DNA of 64,000 nt from Podarcis liolepis (Eukaryota), in the NCBI GenBank assembly GCA_965112155.1, contig OZ218100.1. One strand, written 5' to 3'. Positions 1-25,605 of this stretch are shown piece by piece. The notes beneath the pieces were generated by a model. It saw only the letters and a list, made by a program, of their open reading frames with translations. It was not told the DNA's origin and ran no database searches. Position 1 is the first letter of the stretch. Every line of letters starts with the position of its first letter. A program made the translations under genes and the position numbers.

Positions 1-3000
1 ATCTGGCCATGCAAGAGAAAAGCATCTCATTTTAAACAATTAAAGCCTTTTTAATTTTTGTATTTGGTGCACTGGACAAGGAATCTAAGAACCTTGATGT
101 AAGGTTATTCTGTGTACACAAAGCTTTTTCATGGTGGTGCCCCATTTTGTTAACCATTTTATGCCACTTTAGGTAAAAGACTGGCATTCTTCTCACTGCA
201 AGAACAGTATTTCCTATCAAATCCAAAAGGGAAGAGTTGTACAGTTTAAATGTTTCCAGATGTCTCTTTTGATGACTGTATCTGTGACCTGTTTATATTC
301 GCACATGTGTGTCTCCTGTACATATAAGGCGCTACTGATCCCATACCGAAATAACAAAGTATTATGGGAAAGCTACCTATATAAACAATGGCACTGTGAA
401 CAAAATACTGTTAGTTTTAGTATTGGAAGCATTTGTAAAGATGTTAGACTATTAATACACTTTTGTTTGCAGATAAAGGCCTTAACCTCTAGCATCCATT
501 ACTTTCTGATGGCTATCAAAAGTCATCTCATTTTAGTCCAGCCTGTTTTCAGTTGCCCACGGGGTAGATTAGGAGGGCAATTTATTTAAATGCTTGATAC
601 ACCTGCGGCTCCGTAGTGTTAAGCCACACTGCTCTAGTTAAGCTGCACCTCAGTTCAGTTGTTGCCAATCCCTACCCTTCTTGTATTTTCAAATGATCTG
701 TCCAGATTTTTCACAAAATTTTACCTTCTTTAGGAGCATGGTGGCAAACTGCAACCCGATGAAGCTTGGAGAACTAAACACTTAAGGAAAATCAGCAAGG
801 GCTTCATCGTAGTCATGGATCTTGTTGAAATTTTGCAGTAATTGAATATGCTGAGATGTATCCACAATCATTGGGAGTAGAGGCACACCCCACCAAAAAT
901 TTGTTGAAAGTCATATTTCCTGTCAGACATAAGCTCATTCTTTTTATCATATAATGAGAAGTACTCTCCCTACAACAATCACAAACAGCTCATTTTGAAT
1001 CTCATGAACTCAGTTTTGCATACCAAAATTAGCAGAAATATGGGAGTAACTGATTACGGAATATATAGGGGGAAAATTTTCTGTACTCACTTTCTCCTGT
1101 ATACAAGTAGAACCATTAATGGTTTTGCTTATCTACTAGTACTTCACCAAGCACATTTCATGATGATAGTTACATCTTATTTTGGGTTGCTGAAATTCAG
1201 AGAAAAATACAAGATTTTCTGTACTTGTTTGAGAGTGTGATGTGTTTAACAATTTAAAGAAAAATCATCTTGAAAATCATCCAATCCATTATTTTTTTAC
1301 ACTAGTCACATAAAATTTATGTGACTATTAGGTGTGATCTACTTCCAGATTTACCATAAAATTTCTTATTACATAAGTACTGCTTAATTTCCATGATAAC
1401 CAAACTGTTATACAATTATGAGGGAGTTTCTATGACAGATTAATTTCAAAAGGCAAGTGAGTACATACAATTACACGTCAGCCCATTCTTCTGTATGCAT
1501 CCTGCAATGGAAATGTGAATCATCATAAAGTTTAACTATCTTTTGATTTCAAAAAATTCATCATCAAAATAAGGAACAAGTCAACTACCATGGAATCTTA
1601 GGTGTTGCCTGAACTGGAACACAGCAGAAAAGCAAACTCACAACAATGCAAAAGAACATTTTGTTTGCAAGTCAAATTAAGAGCTAACTTCTGCTCAGAG
1701 ATTGAAATATAAAGCTTTTTCTCCCTTTGTACAACGTGGAAGAAAGTGTACTGAGCAAACAGAGCTTCAGGCACACATTTTACTTGCAACGTACTGCAAG
1801 AAATTCACTGAACAACAGTGCTCAAGAACTCTATGACATACAGCTACACAACAGCATTACATTTTGACTAAACTCAAGAGTTCTCTGGACGAGATATGGT
1901 ACATCTGTGCTTAGGAAACACCCACACTTTCATTGCCTTAATGAGGCCTATAGTAACTCCATATAGCCAATTCACACAGCTATAGAGGTAATCAGTTTTT
2001 TGTGTCTCAGCTTCCCTGACACAGATGAGTGCGCTGTTCGTTTAATAATATCCGTGCCACCAGCACATGATAAATTACAACCTACTGCAGGAGAAACCTG
2101 GTTGTGTGAATGAATGTCTTGAAGTGCTACTTCCATTAGTTTAAAAAACAGATACTAAAAGCAAGCATTAAGAAGTGAAATATCAGTGATTTGCCAAAAA
2201 CCAGAACTAAGAAATACACAGCAAGAGCCACAGAGTCTCCAAGCCAAAGGAATGTAAACCTTAGTAAGTCCCAAGGCAGAAAGGAAAGCTTAGGTTGAAA
2301 AAATAAAATACTAGTGTGATCTCTTTAGATTAGTGTGAAAATGGACTTTGAAGCCACATTTCACTCTGTGAAGAAAGGAGCTTTATATAAATAGTAATAG
2401 CAGCATTAACTTGTCAAAACTATAGCAAAGACTGTTCAAGATTTTCTTCCACATATCAGGATAAGAAAAAGCTAATTAGAATTCCATAGATTATTATTTT
2501 AACCTTAATTACCTACCGTGGTATCTCTGTGTCTTTCTGAAGATTGAAGTCAACCATAAAAGAGGGATGAACAGATTGCTGAAAAGGATAAATTACTGAA
2601 TGTTTCAATATTTTACTCCACTTTGACATTTTTCTACAATTCTTATCAGATTCCTTTCTTTTTCAATTTAGGTGGGCAAGTGGGCCACATTGTGATACCA
2701 GTGCACTTTAAAACCCTAGCTGCAATTTACTCAAATATTCCAAAACTATATTCATATACTTGTGAGAAGTCTCACTGATTTCAGTGAAACACACTTTAAA
2801 TAAAGGCTGCAATTCCTAATCACATTTGCCTGGAAGTGACAAATAAACAAAAATTCTAGAGTATGTTGATGTTCTCCCCAAGTCTGAAAAACAAGATTTC
2901 TCTGTGCATTATCTTCTTTCATTTTTGAATGGAAGAATGGCTATCATGGACAATTTTATTCTGGTAGGTCATGTACCAAGCAGTCTATTCACGGGTGAGT

Positions 3001-3789
3001 CTGAGTTCTTTAGCTAGATATGGGCATAAGACACCCTCAACAGCATTTATTTGTGTGGGAACCATACTGCAAAAAGAAACTCTTGCTTTTGTATTGTGGC
3101 AAATATTTCAGCACAGCGGATGGCATCCACTGCTGTCTCTCCACTGAACTGATGGAAGGCATGTCAGCAAAACAGAGATTTAGGCAATTTCCAATTATTC
3201 CCCTCCCTTCTGCTACCTACCTATGCTTCCCTAAATCTTTTCTGAAGGGCTGGGGGGATCCGCCAAAGAAGATTTTTTAATTTGGGGGTCACTGAAAATT
3301 GGCTCCATTCCTCTCCTGCTAACAGATGATGAGCATAGCATTGGTAACACTCAATCATATATATATTTAGGTACATAAATTTTACATGCAAATAGAAGTT
3401 AGACTTGAGTATAAAGCACATCTTTTTACATAAACTACGCCAAATAGTATCACATGGTCCTAACAAAACCAAATGTAGGACCAAACTTCAGCTACTATGA
3501 TTGTGTATGAATATGCATTAAGCTGAAAGGAAGCAATAGATTGTGTTTGAGCATAACACCAAGCCACAGTTCGCTAAAACCAGTTTGTTTACCAAGCCAT
3601 GCATTTCGTTCACAATTGATACCATGGATTGTTTTGTGTAATGCTGGTTTGTTGCCCACTCTGCTGCCCCTGCAGTGGTCAAGGAATGGCATGGCCTTCA
3701 CATTACTGGTTCTCTTACTACCTAGCTACAAAAATGGGGCAGGAACATACTTGTTACACCTCATGCCAAACACAAGCTTTTCCTCCCTT

Positions 3790-4620
3790 CCCAGATTCTT
3801 TAGAATGCCCTACACATTTCTAAATCCTTCCCTCTCAATCCTCCTGAATAAAATAATTTCTTGCTGCAAGACATCTCGCTGCAGTTCCATGGCCATTTCT
3901 TTGAAATTTGTTAGCCACCCCCAAACATGACTGATGATAATGGAAGGGATGCATATACTATTCCAGTGGATACTCAATCATCCGACACCAGCTCTGAAAG
4001 AACCACCCACCTAGCTTTACCAATCACCCAGTAAACACAAAAGACTCTTGCCCAATTTCTGCCTCCAGAGACCCTCTTAGCTGCAAATGAAACACCAAAC
4101 TACCCAACCATAATAAGATGGACTCTTTCCACAGACATGAACATACCCCAAACCACCAACCTCTGTTTCATACCTGAACATATTTGAAGTCAGCTCCCAA
4201 CTTTCTAAAAATCAATTCCTGACTCCGACTTCTTCCAGACCTATCAATGGGGCCAAGGTCTGCATTATATCAAGTTTCTTACCTGTAGTTAGAGCTCTGG
4301 ATGGTGGTTGCACTTCTTCTTTTCCTATCTTGGAACCTAAGGAAGGTGGCGAACCAGTCCTCAAAAGACTGTAGGAAATACACAGGCAATTCATCGGCCC
4401 TTTTGGTCCCATTGCACAGTTCCTCTGAGGCATCTGACAGCACATTCAGGCTGATATAGAAGTTGTTTCTGGTACAGTCTTTGTCCTCTTGATGTTTGTA
4501 CATGGCTACCATGATAATGGCACTTACTGAAGCTTTGCCAGCGAAGATGCCTCTCCAGAAATTCCAGGAGCAGGAGAGAAGATCTGCCTAGCCAGCAATG
4601 GAGCAGCCTGTCTTGGCCAC
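3790..4620 (-). mobile_element. Possible highly degraded L1/Tx1-clade LINE C-terminal region
   Basis: Minus-strand fragments AVRCLR/ELCNG (resembling the Tx1 zinc knuckle) and ...RIEREGFRNV*GILRIW; many stops and frameshifts. Confidence 0.3.
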
Positions 4621-7600
4621 CAATGCTGCTGACTGCCCAGTAGCCAAGGGTGGCATCTGTATCTAGGAGTGAGGCTAGTTTATAGTAGAACAGCATAGTG
4701 CATGGTTCTACCCCAGAGTGCTTATTGTGAGGTGAGAATTTTAAAAAGCTTTAAAGAGTGTTCATCTTTGCACAGCACTGATGAATGCAACAACTGAACC
4801 CTTTCAAGGACATTTCTTTGGACAGCTGGCTAAGTATCGCCTCAATGCAATTCATATTCTAGAGTTCCCTTTTGCACTTGTCTTCATGTGTCAATAAAAA
4901 TCCCTCTCTCTTTCTTGTCCTTTGCTTCTGTAATACCAACTACTACTATTCTACAGCAGCAGAGCTGAAATATTGCTAATGAAGCTGACACACATAAACA
5001 ACATCATCTTTCCAAGGGAATACAAAGTAACACAGAGTGTTTATGTAATTTAAAAAAAAACAACTCTCCCCAATAATTGCTATCACACGTTGTTTACAAT
5101 CTTCAAACCTTGGTACTAGTATGATTACTCTGAGTGAGCAATCATCCTTGGACTGCCTGAGTCCATGGTGATAGCATGATACTGACCAAAGGAGGACTTC
5201 AGAGAGCTAAGTACTGAAGGGTCATGAGTGTTTCCCAGAAGCAGAACTGCCAAAAGCACATAAATGGGGAAGAACAAAGGTCAGCTTCATGTACTTGCTA
5301 TAGATAGGATTTTTGTGAAGCTGCATTTGTCTTTAAAATTGGGGTAAGATGCTAAGAACAAAGGAATGCTTTCAACATGTGCTCTTGGATACATGCTAGT
5401 AAAAAATGGCATAAATTTTCTCATTGCAAAGTGGAGCTAGGCTGGCAGGATGGAAAGGAAGTGCTTGGCATGGCATGGGTGGGGGGAACCCTAATGCTAG
5501 GCAGAGGAGGAATGAAGGAAAGAACTGGAAAACTGCCAGTGAGATTCACTTGGCTGCATGAGCATTTTCTAACAACTCTTACCCCATGTGGGTGGTTGGG
5601 GTAGAAGGCTGGAACAAAAAGGATTAACCCAGGATAGCAAGTTTGGCTGCAATGAAAAACACAGTTCAAGCAAGCAGAGAATCATGAACCAGCTTCAAAC
5701 CATGGTTTCATATTCTAATATCCTAGTTGTATATAAGCCATAGTTAGGTGGCTGGGGAGGGTTTGGATGTACAAACTACAGTTAAGTTAAACAGACAAAC
5801 TGTGGTTTAGTGTTAGGTCTGAACAAGGCCTTGTGTGAAATTGTGACTGCTATGCAGTGATGCCAAGAACTAAACTGTATCTTTAACATACTGCTGTAAG
5901 TATTCATGTCAAAAGATAACTGTTAATAAAAAAAAATACAGAAGGATGATGTTTGCATATGTGCATTTCTCACATTTTAGCCAATTTAGTCAAGCATTTG
6001 CTTTGTGCTTGCATCTTCACAAGAATTTTTGCCACTTTCAGATGCTGTTTATAAGTACAGGCTGAATTCTACAAGCCCGCTGAACACTCTAGACTATTTC
6101 TGAAAATCCCCCTACAGTTCAGAATTGGTTCAGGAGTGGGTAATACTTCTTATCACAGCAAGCCGTGTGGCTTGGCCCTCTTAGAGCACGTCATACAATT
6201 AGTAAGAAGTTCTCAGAGTGCACTTCAACTTTTAGATGTCAAAACATCCCCTATTTTCTCACTTTTCTTTAATCAGGACCCCCCCCCCCAATCAGGATCT
6301 CTTGAAGCCCTTCTTGGTCACAGAGGTATCATAATAACTTTTATATTTGTGAGTCAAGGAAACAAACCATGTATTTCTGACTGCAAGTAGAAATTCTCCA
6401 TTACCAAATCAAAAACTGATGAGGGTGGGAAAGGGTAACATGACTCCTATAGCCCAACGTTCAATTTCATGCCATTTGTTACTTGGGCTGCCTATGCCAA
6501 TCTGCATTATGAGTTAATATGCTAGAAATGCTGATCCCATTTTCGGGCTTTTCCAGCAGTTGAGAACATACTGCACTCCATACTTTTCCAAGTGTCAGAG
6601 TTCTGTGCAGTGTGTTTTATCAAATATCCATAAATATAAAAGTTAGTCAACACCAAGTACAGAGAAGTTATTCAACCTATATTAACCCTAGTGTGAAATA
6701 TAAGCCAATGCTCATTTATCAATTGAAAGATAAGCAAATTAAAAATAATAAACCACAACCAAAGTGCTGTCTCTATTCGCATGATGATATTTTCTATAGC
6801 TGAGTTTCCCCCTTCTACTTATTTAACTTGAAATAATGCTTAATGCATGGTAAAATGCAGTAGAAAAAAACATCAGTATTTTAAAAGATGCAAAACTCCT
6901 TAGATGAAGCAAAAAGTTTTATCAGATAAAATGTATTATTTAAGATACTAAAAATAACTTGAGGGCAGATCACTGGATTATGGGAGGTATGTTAGTGCAC
7001 CAAAATTCTTATGATTAGCAGTGTATCACCAGATGGCACTTCTGCTTTATAAAAAATAAGCCCTAGAATATGCTCCAGATAAAGGAACCTCAAGTCCCAT
7101 TTGCATCTCAGGATCCAGAGATCCAAGAAATCCAGGCTACAGAGGTGAATACTAATTCTGTGCCAGGCAACGGTAACTCTATGCCATGCAATGCATTGAT
7201 TTTTTGGATTTGGAGAGAAAACCATATGAAATGTAAGAGAGAACTGCAAAACACAACTGCCAAGACTTAGAGCTCCCATACAATATCAGGAGACGCACAA
7301 GCACCAGAAGACACAGAACAACCATGCATCATGAGGACTGAGCACTTGTAGAGATTTCCCTCCACTGATAAATATTAACAGACCACAGGGAGAAGGGGAA
7401 GACAGCAGCAAGCACACTGAGCAAAGAACTCACACAAGAAATACCACGGTCACTACAGTCCACATAATACTACATTAAGAAATAGCTGGTCAGCTAGCTG
7501 GTCTAGTTCCAAGTGCTGGTGCAGCTGTAATCTTCTAAAGACACCAACAGAATGGGGATGCCATACAAATCAGGGTGCGGGGGACTGGTAACAGAACAAG

Positions 7601-8466
7601 TGGCATAGCCCAATAGTAGAGAAATATGTGGTAATGAGCCCACAGAGAGGGGAATTTACCTCTGGATACGCAGGAATCCTGTTTATCACCAGGCAACTGC
7701 AGCTTTTGAGAAACTAGCCTTCTATGCTCAAGTTCTTTTAGTATCTACGAAGACCTAGAAACTTTACAGCATGAATATCAACAGACTAAAAAACACACCA
7801 AGGTATTTGGTTGTTAAACTCTGCTTCTGGGAAGAAAAGGTGCTGTCTATGGAAGACAGGCAAAACTATTTTTTTTTTTTGCAAAGCTATAGTATCAGAT
7901 TGCCCTCTGGTGGTTAGAAGCATGTGCTAATCACATTTAAAATACATGGGTTGGTCATTAACATCTACGGTAAAGGATATGACTGAGATACCATTTTCAC
8001 AACCAGGATGACGGAGGAATTTGTTCCGTATTTTTCCGATCGTCCTTTCAGCTCAAAATGCAATCATACATTCCTCTGGATTTTGCAATAGTTTTGGTCC
8101 AAAAAACATGTGCACAAAAATATGTATTTTATGTAAATAAAGTCATATTAAAAGAGGAAATGCATTCAAAAGCATTGAAATCTGTGTGTTTTGTGGGGAA
8201 GTGCATGTAAAATGCCTATTTTTTAATTTGTCCTAGAATTTCCATTACTGCCACAAAAACACTCAATTATACATGGCTTCCAAGTTATCTCTAACCCACT
8301 GTTTAAATATTAAAAGGCTATATATTACACACTGCTAATTGTTTACAATTAAGAGGTGACATACTAAGACATACATCAATGTACTGTTAGCTCTAGAGTG
8401 GCACATCACTCAATAACTAAACAGGCACACATAGCCAACATTCAAATTACATGCATTTACTGCTAT

Positions 8467-8510
8467 CACATTATTTATGATACAGGCCACATTATTTATG
8501 ATACAGGCCA
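8467..8510. repeat. 21-bp perfect tandem duplication CACATTATTTATGATACAGGC x2
   Basis: Read directly. Confidence 0.9.
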
Positions 8511-10102
8511 AGTAATGTCTTTGTCTATGCAAATATCAATACAGAACTAAAAGTTATCTCTCCCTTGAGTAAGAACCATGCAATGATGGAACAGAATACA
8601 AAATATCAAGCAACAAATTATCAGAAGGAAGCAATTTAATCGCAGGGAAGGAAACCAATATATTGAGCCAAATTTCCTCTGCTTGCCACCCACACAAAAA
8701 AAACCATTTGCAAGAATTATAAGGAACAATGCACTATAACTGGGGAAATAAATAAAAATATAAATACGGTAAGTAAATAAAAATACAATAAATAAAAAGC
8801 AACACTCAAAAGTCCGCAAGAGTCCACCAGAAGGTTTGAATACATGAGGAGAACCTGATAAACACACATTATGGGTAAAATCCAGAAACTCTCTGGGCTG
8901 TGCAATATCTAGGTTGCATGTATGACGGGGCATCCAGAGTTTAAATGGTTGTGGTAGAAAAGATGCAAACTTTTTTTAGATAACACTTCCACCCTGTATA
9001 GTGTACTGTAAGTTACAAGGGGAATGACACAGCATATAGCTTATATTTCTCCACAAATCTTCATACACAAGACTACGAAATCTGAAATATTTCAGTCATG
9101 GAGAATGATCATACAGTTTAGACATAAAAGATTTCTTTTGTAAGCAAAATTTACTGGAGTGCAAATAGTCAACAGCAATATTTATTTGAATCATGCATTT
9201 CAAATATGCACACAGTTCCTGTGTTTTCTTTACAAACTTTTACAGTATTCAAGGAAATTAATGGTCTCTTACTCAAAACCAAGCAAACACCACTGGTGCC
9301 AATTATTGAGATCTTATAAGGCTGCACCACTGAATCAAATTGAGAAAGGGATAATTTTGAGGAAGCTATTCCTTATTATCAACACATTAGCCCTATTCAG
9401 TGATGTTCCCATCATGAAATTAGCAATCATGTAAGAGGAAGTGGGGCTCTGTCCACTGGTCCTGTCTTTGTGTCTTCACCTCCAACCTCTCCCTCATTGT
9501 AAACACATTGGGGGCAAGATTGCAAAGGGAAAGCCCATCAAGCACATGCAAGCTCTGTACATAAGGGTCGCAGTTGATGGGGAAAAGTTACATGTGTTAG
9601 GTGCGACAGATGCTCCCTCTGCAGATATCCTCAATGTGTTGACGTAAGGCTGCCGAGAATGTGAATGTGCAGGGGAGAGGCCAAAAGCCACATCACGCAT
9701 CAACTCTTCACACAACAGCTAATCCCGTTACAGGAAAACAAATGAACAGGATACTGTTTCATAAATATATTATCATCTACATATAACCAAATTAATTTAC
9801 ATTTTGTTTCTATGGTACTATTCTCTTCCTTTTTTTGACATGTTTATGTGTCTGCTTTAAATTCTGCAGCCCAGACTAGAAAGTTGTTATAAAAACCAGT
9901 AAAACATACTCCTGCTGATAAAATATTTTACACAAACAAATTCCAGATGCTTGGCTACTGAAGTAGATTAATGAAAAACAGTTAGCTCTAAAAGCCATTG
10001 CTTTATAGCACAGTATTGAGGTCTACAAAACCAGTGGCAGAGCTTTTCTCAAGAAGCTCTACACCATGGCTAAATATGAATTGCTGGTTTTGCAGGTGAT
10101 AC

Positions 10103-21007
<10,905 letters not shown>

Positions 21008-21436
21008 AGTACAAAGCACTTGAATTAACTCAAGTGCCAGTTAAAAATTACTGTTGCACATGCCAGAGGGGCTCAGCAAATATTTGCTACAGCTGCAAAG
21101 AGAAGAGTTTATTTCATAATTAGGCTAAAACTACAAACTCAGTTTACTTATACATCCACATGAAATATTTATAAATGCACTGTAAAAGCACAATTAGTTA
21201 AAAGAGTAATAAGGAAGATTATAAATAATGATTATAAATAATAACTGAATCATTGAATTGTAGAGTACTTTTCCCCAAACTTGAGCTCGATCTGTAGTAT
21301 GCGTTTCCAGAAGCAGTATTAATATTAAAAAGGGACACACCTCTCACACACAACTAAAAAACATTGCCAAACTCCCCCCCCCCCGCCCCTTAACTCAAGA
21401 GGCAGCACAACCACCATTTCACCAACACCTCAAACT

Positions 21437-21500
21437 GAGAATTGTAGAGTTGGAAGGGACTCCCAGGGTCGTCTAGTCCAACCCTCTGCAACGCAGCAAC
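21437..21500 (-). mobile_element. CR1-tailed SINE 3' fragment
   Basis: Reverse complement of the tail seen at 54330-54380 (CCTTCCAACTCTACAATTCT). Confidence 0.6.
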
Positions 21501-22480
21501 CTCAACCCGCGCTCCCCGATCCAATTCGAAACCAACCTGGACCCGGTTCAGCTTTGCAAATGTGCGAGCAGTTTTATTGCTGCAACATTCGGAGGGTCAC
21601 GTTTCTACGAAAGAAAGGGACGGTCGTGCGTTTAGAGACTGAAGGAAACGACTTTTTGTAAGCAAAGACCTGGAAATATGATTAAACCGTGATATAAAAA
21701 TATTGAAAACAAAAAAAAGTATTAGCTGAATGAGAAACTGTTACCAGGACAAACTCTGCAGCTTTTGCAGAGACCTCACCAATGCGACAGGAAGAAGGGA
21801 GAGCGGGCGAGAGGTCTCAAGCAGAGGAGCCCCTTTCCCTCGCTCGTTAATTGCAGCAGCTGAGGGGTCAGGAAGGGGAGTTTTACCATTCGGTGAGGGG
21901 GCTGTTGGTAGCGGGTTGCTTTTTTATTTTTTTGCATCCCCTCGTTTCTCTCTCGACAGGCCCGCTTCCTATCGGCCGGGGAGGGAGCTAGCCCACAACA
22001 CGCGTGGAGAGCCAACCCCGCCCCAACGGTCCTCTTCAGCCGTTGAGGGGCTGCTTTCCCAAACCGTCGGCTAAAGCAGGACGTTGAACGAAGCCCGCCC
22101 CGCAGCACGAGCGCACCGCGCGGAGACCGAAGCAGCTGCCGGAGGGGAAACTCACCCGCCACCGCGAGACTTCTCTCTCACAGACACCCGAGCGCGGACG
22201 CCGAAGCGAGAGATGAGCGGAAAGACGCCGAGCGCGAGACAAGGACTCAGCGCAATCAAACCTTGGCACTCCCTCTCTCGATTGGGTGAGCGGGAAGAGG
22301 CGTGGCTTCGCTCTGCAGCCAATCCCGCAGCGATAAGGCGCCGTTTCTGGTTTGCCGCGGCGCGAGCCCAACCGTAGGAGAGACGCTTTCTGACCGCGGG
22401 GGATGATGGGAAGCGGCAGCGCGCTCGAATCGATCGGCGGCAGAATCCCCGGGGTGCTGTTGCGTCCTCTGTGTGCACAG
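21480..22480 (-). promoter_or_regulatory. MTFR2: MTFR2 CpG island, promoter and non-coding exon 1 (about 22156-22260)
   Basis: CpG-dense block; minus-strand donor CGG|GTGAGT at 22155; CCAAT boxes at 22281-22285 (ATTGG) and 22319-22323; E2F-type TTTGCCGC at 22351-22358. TSS is inferred. Confidence 0.75.
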
Positions 22481-24216
22481 AGGCAGTGTCTTATATATGT
22501 TAAACATACGTCAGCGAGGGGTTGTGGTTTTAGTTGCACTTCTAGCTGCTTTTATGGGAGATAGCACACAAGACAAAAGCTATAATCACCTAATATTTCA
22601 TCAAGTACCTATTGAAGCCAATGAAAACTTAACAACCGTTGCCATCCCTACTATTATATTTATTTATTTGTATCCCGCCTTTCCCTTTGGCAGCGACTCA
22701 AGGCGGCTTAGGTGAGCCAATTGCCACACAAAGCTGCCATGGCAGCCCCTCAGCCATTCCTCTCCACTAGCCTATTGGAGAACGAAGTTGTGTGCCACAA
22801 AAAAAATTTGTGCACCGCCCTAAGCTTAAAAGGATTCTCAAAGCTCCACTCAGGTGCATTGGAGGATGCTATCCCATCACCAGGGCTGAAGATTCAAGTT
22901 CCGCTTCTCTACATGGAATGGGGGAAGCCGTCCTTTGCTCAGGAAGCGGAATGTTTAGGACCTGCCTTGATCACCACCACTCTGCAGATGAAGTCTCAAA
23001 ACTGCTAAACCCTAGGGAATATTGTATACTACAAATCAATTGTTTCCTGATGGCTATGCAAATATCTAAAACAGGAGTGCAATTATGCACATGCTAATGA
23101 ACAGTATTACTAGATTTCACCTTCCTAAATCTGATTTAATTTTTGTGCAAAGGAAGATTCCAGGTTTCAACTTGTTTTATTTTCAAATTTAGTCTTGATT
23201 ATTGCTATAAATCCCTTTCCCACAATATGAGCCTGCTTAAAGTGTATGAGCTCCCACCACTAAACACTCCATTGCTTGTTATAAAGATGCCAGGTGTGCT
23301 TTCCCTCCCAAGTTGCAGCCTTTTTCTCTGCTTGCAACATGCACTAACAGATAGATACATACAATATTGTATCAAGAAAGCAATGCCTTCAGGTTTACCT
23401 TAGTGCTTAACCACTACTGGCACTGTGATTGTTCCATAGTCCAAGAAACAAGCTTCTCATCTGGTTCAGAAAAATTGAGATTGTGTCTGTGGTCACTCCG
23501 ATCTGTCACATCTTGAATCTATGGCCAATTGCAGCTTCTTGGAACATGTCTCTGTGTAACTCCTTTAAACATTATGTTCATCAGGAAACGGAAGCCGTTT
23601 CAGTCATGTAAACACTGAATTGGTCCTGCATGTCAAAACACATACCTTATTTCACTTGTAGTGATCTCAAGTCTGACGGGGCCTTCCTTGTTTGCTACTT
23701 TGCTCAAAGTGGTTTGGAAGTCTAACACCACATCCATGCTTTTTACCCCTGTTCATCATAATGTATTTGGTTCTTAAATTTAAGCCAAAACAAAAACTAA
23801 AGAATGCTATTCCAGGCCTTGCTGCTCACTGCATTTGCTGTTTGGTTTCCCCCAATGCTCAAATTCTGTGCCATAGCTCATTCTTCTTGCCATTTCTGAA
23901 CTAGTGCTGCATGTGCCTGACTACTTGGGATTTTCACCTATATGTAGGATGATCCAGATGCTTTTGTTACTTTTACCCACATCTTCCGAGTTTTGATATA
24001 AATATATCTAATACACTACAAACTTTCCATCTCCTGCCACATTATAAAACTTAGCAACACATTTATGTCCAAGTCATTTATTTTCATTTATCAGTTCTTC
24101 CTGGAACAGTACAAGTGGTATCACCAACACATTTTTTAAGGTGGCTGGGTTTGAATAAAGAAATAGAGCAGAAGTGTGTCTGGTGTATGAGAAGGTAGAT
24201 GGAGGTGGTCAGTTCT

Positions 24217-24297
24217 GTTTGTTGTTGTTTAGTCGTGTCCGACTCTTCGTGACCCCATGGACCAGAGCTCGCCAGGCACTCCTGTCTTCCACTGCTT
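24217..24297 (-). mobile_element. RTE-BovB / Sauria SINE 3'-end fragment
   Basis: (GTT)n followed by AGTCGTGTCCGACTCTTCGTGACCCCATGGAC, the reverse complement of the BovB 3' end. Confidence 0.75.
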
Positions 24298-25024
24298 TTA
24301 TATCATATGTCTGTCAGTATGTTCAGTATACCAGAACTAAGCTTGTTGCAAGCTAGTCAGTACCCATGCTCTTGGAAGTGACTTTGTGAATTTCTTGGAG
24401 GAAGAAACATCAATGGCAAAATTATTTTGGTTAGCCTTTTCAAACCCCACAAAACCCCAGGACTTGACAGGACCATAGTATACAAGTAAATATAACTCAC
24501 TTTGAGCACATCTTTAGCAATTTGAATTAGTGTGGAAATGGCATAAGCAAGAGCCATGGAGGACCAACAGATAGATTTATTTTGCAGTTATATTAATCAT
24601 CACTAGGCTTGCCTCTAGGACTGAGTTGTTTATTTCAGTGCCTAAGAATACCATTCTACCATCAGGCTTTGATGCCTTTTATTATCAGAAAGGGTCACAT
24701 CTGACTGTACTTCCTGAAAATAGAAGGTGTCAGGGAATTCAATAAATGTGACAATGTCATAATACCTTTACCTTACTAAATTTTAAAATAAAGGGCACAC
24801 CTGCCCTCCTGAACATCAAGTTGCAGCTCAATCAAATGGGTGGGTTTTGGTGCATAAAAGTGTCAACCTGAAATGAGCTGACCAATTTTTCCACTACTTC
24901 ACAGAACCTCCCCCCTTTTGTAGATAATTGTATCTGATTAATTGTATCTGATTAAGTAATGCTCAGTGTAGAACCACTGAAATCAATGGACTACTTTCGT
25001 AATAGTCCTATTGAATGTACGTCT

Positions 25025-25320
25025 TCTCACAGTGTATAGTTACAGTAAACTATGGAACTTGCTGTGATGGCCACCAACTTAGATGGCTTAAAAAGAGGAT
25101 TAGACAAATTCATGGAGGAGGAAGCTATTGGTGGCTTCAAACCCTTCACTACTAGAGGCAGTAATGCTTCTGAATACCAGTTGCAGGAAACCCCAGGAGG
25201 GGAGAGTGCTCTTGTGCTTGAATTCTGCTTATGGGTCTCCCACAGACATCCAGTTGGCCACTGTGAAAAGGATGCTGGGCTAGATGGTGATCCAACAGGC
25301 TCTTTTTATGTTCTCATGTT
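25025..25320 (+). mobile_element. CR1 LINE 3' end
   Basis: VMATNLDGLKRGLDKFMEE is a CR1 ORF2 C-terminus; followed by a 3'UTR with a TTATGTTCT tail. Confidence 0.8.
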
Positions 25321-25439
25321 AAGCCCACTTATTTAAATGAGTCTGCTCATATGATTTAGTCAGAGGCAATCCACTGCTCCCAATGTTGCAAATCTATGCT
25401 ACTGTTGTAAATAGATGACTTCTGAGCTAATCTACCTTA

Positions 25440-25605
25440 GAATAATAGAACTGTAGAGTTGGAAGGGACCCTGAGGGTCATCTAGCCTAAAGCATCCATG
25501 ACAGATGGCCATCCAACCTTTGCTTAAAAACTTCCAATGAAGGAGGGTCCACCACATTCTGAGGGAGTTTGTTCCTCTTTCAAACAATTCTTACTGTCAA
25601 AAAGT
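25440..25605 (-). mobile_element. CR1 LINE 3' fragment
   Basis: AGAACTGTAGAGTTGGAAGGGACC...GACAGATGGCCATCCAACC...AATGAAGGAG is the reverse complement of a CR1 3' end. Confidence 0.7.

Noticed and set aside
1-3500. Possible PDE7B 3' end, expected here from human synteny
   Set aside because: No phosphodiesterase coding sequence recognised; AT-rich sequence alone cannot be assigned as a UTR.
21775-21790. Second minus-strand donor TTG|GTGAGG as an alternative MTFR2 leader exon
   Set aside because: Plausible but supported by a single motif only.
21730-22539. Several overlapping 80-167 aa ORFs
   Set aside because: Expected by-product of GC-rich CpG-island sequence; no recognisable protein motifs.
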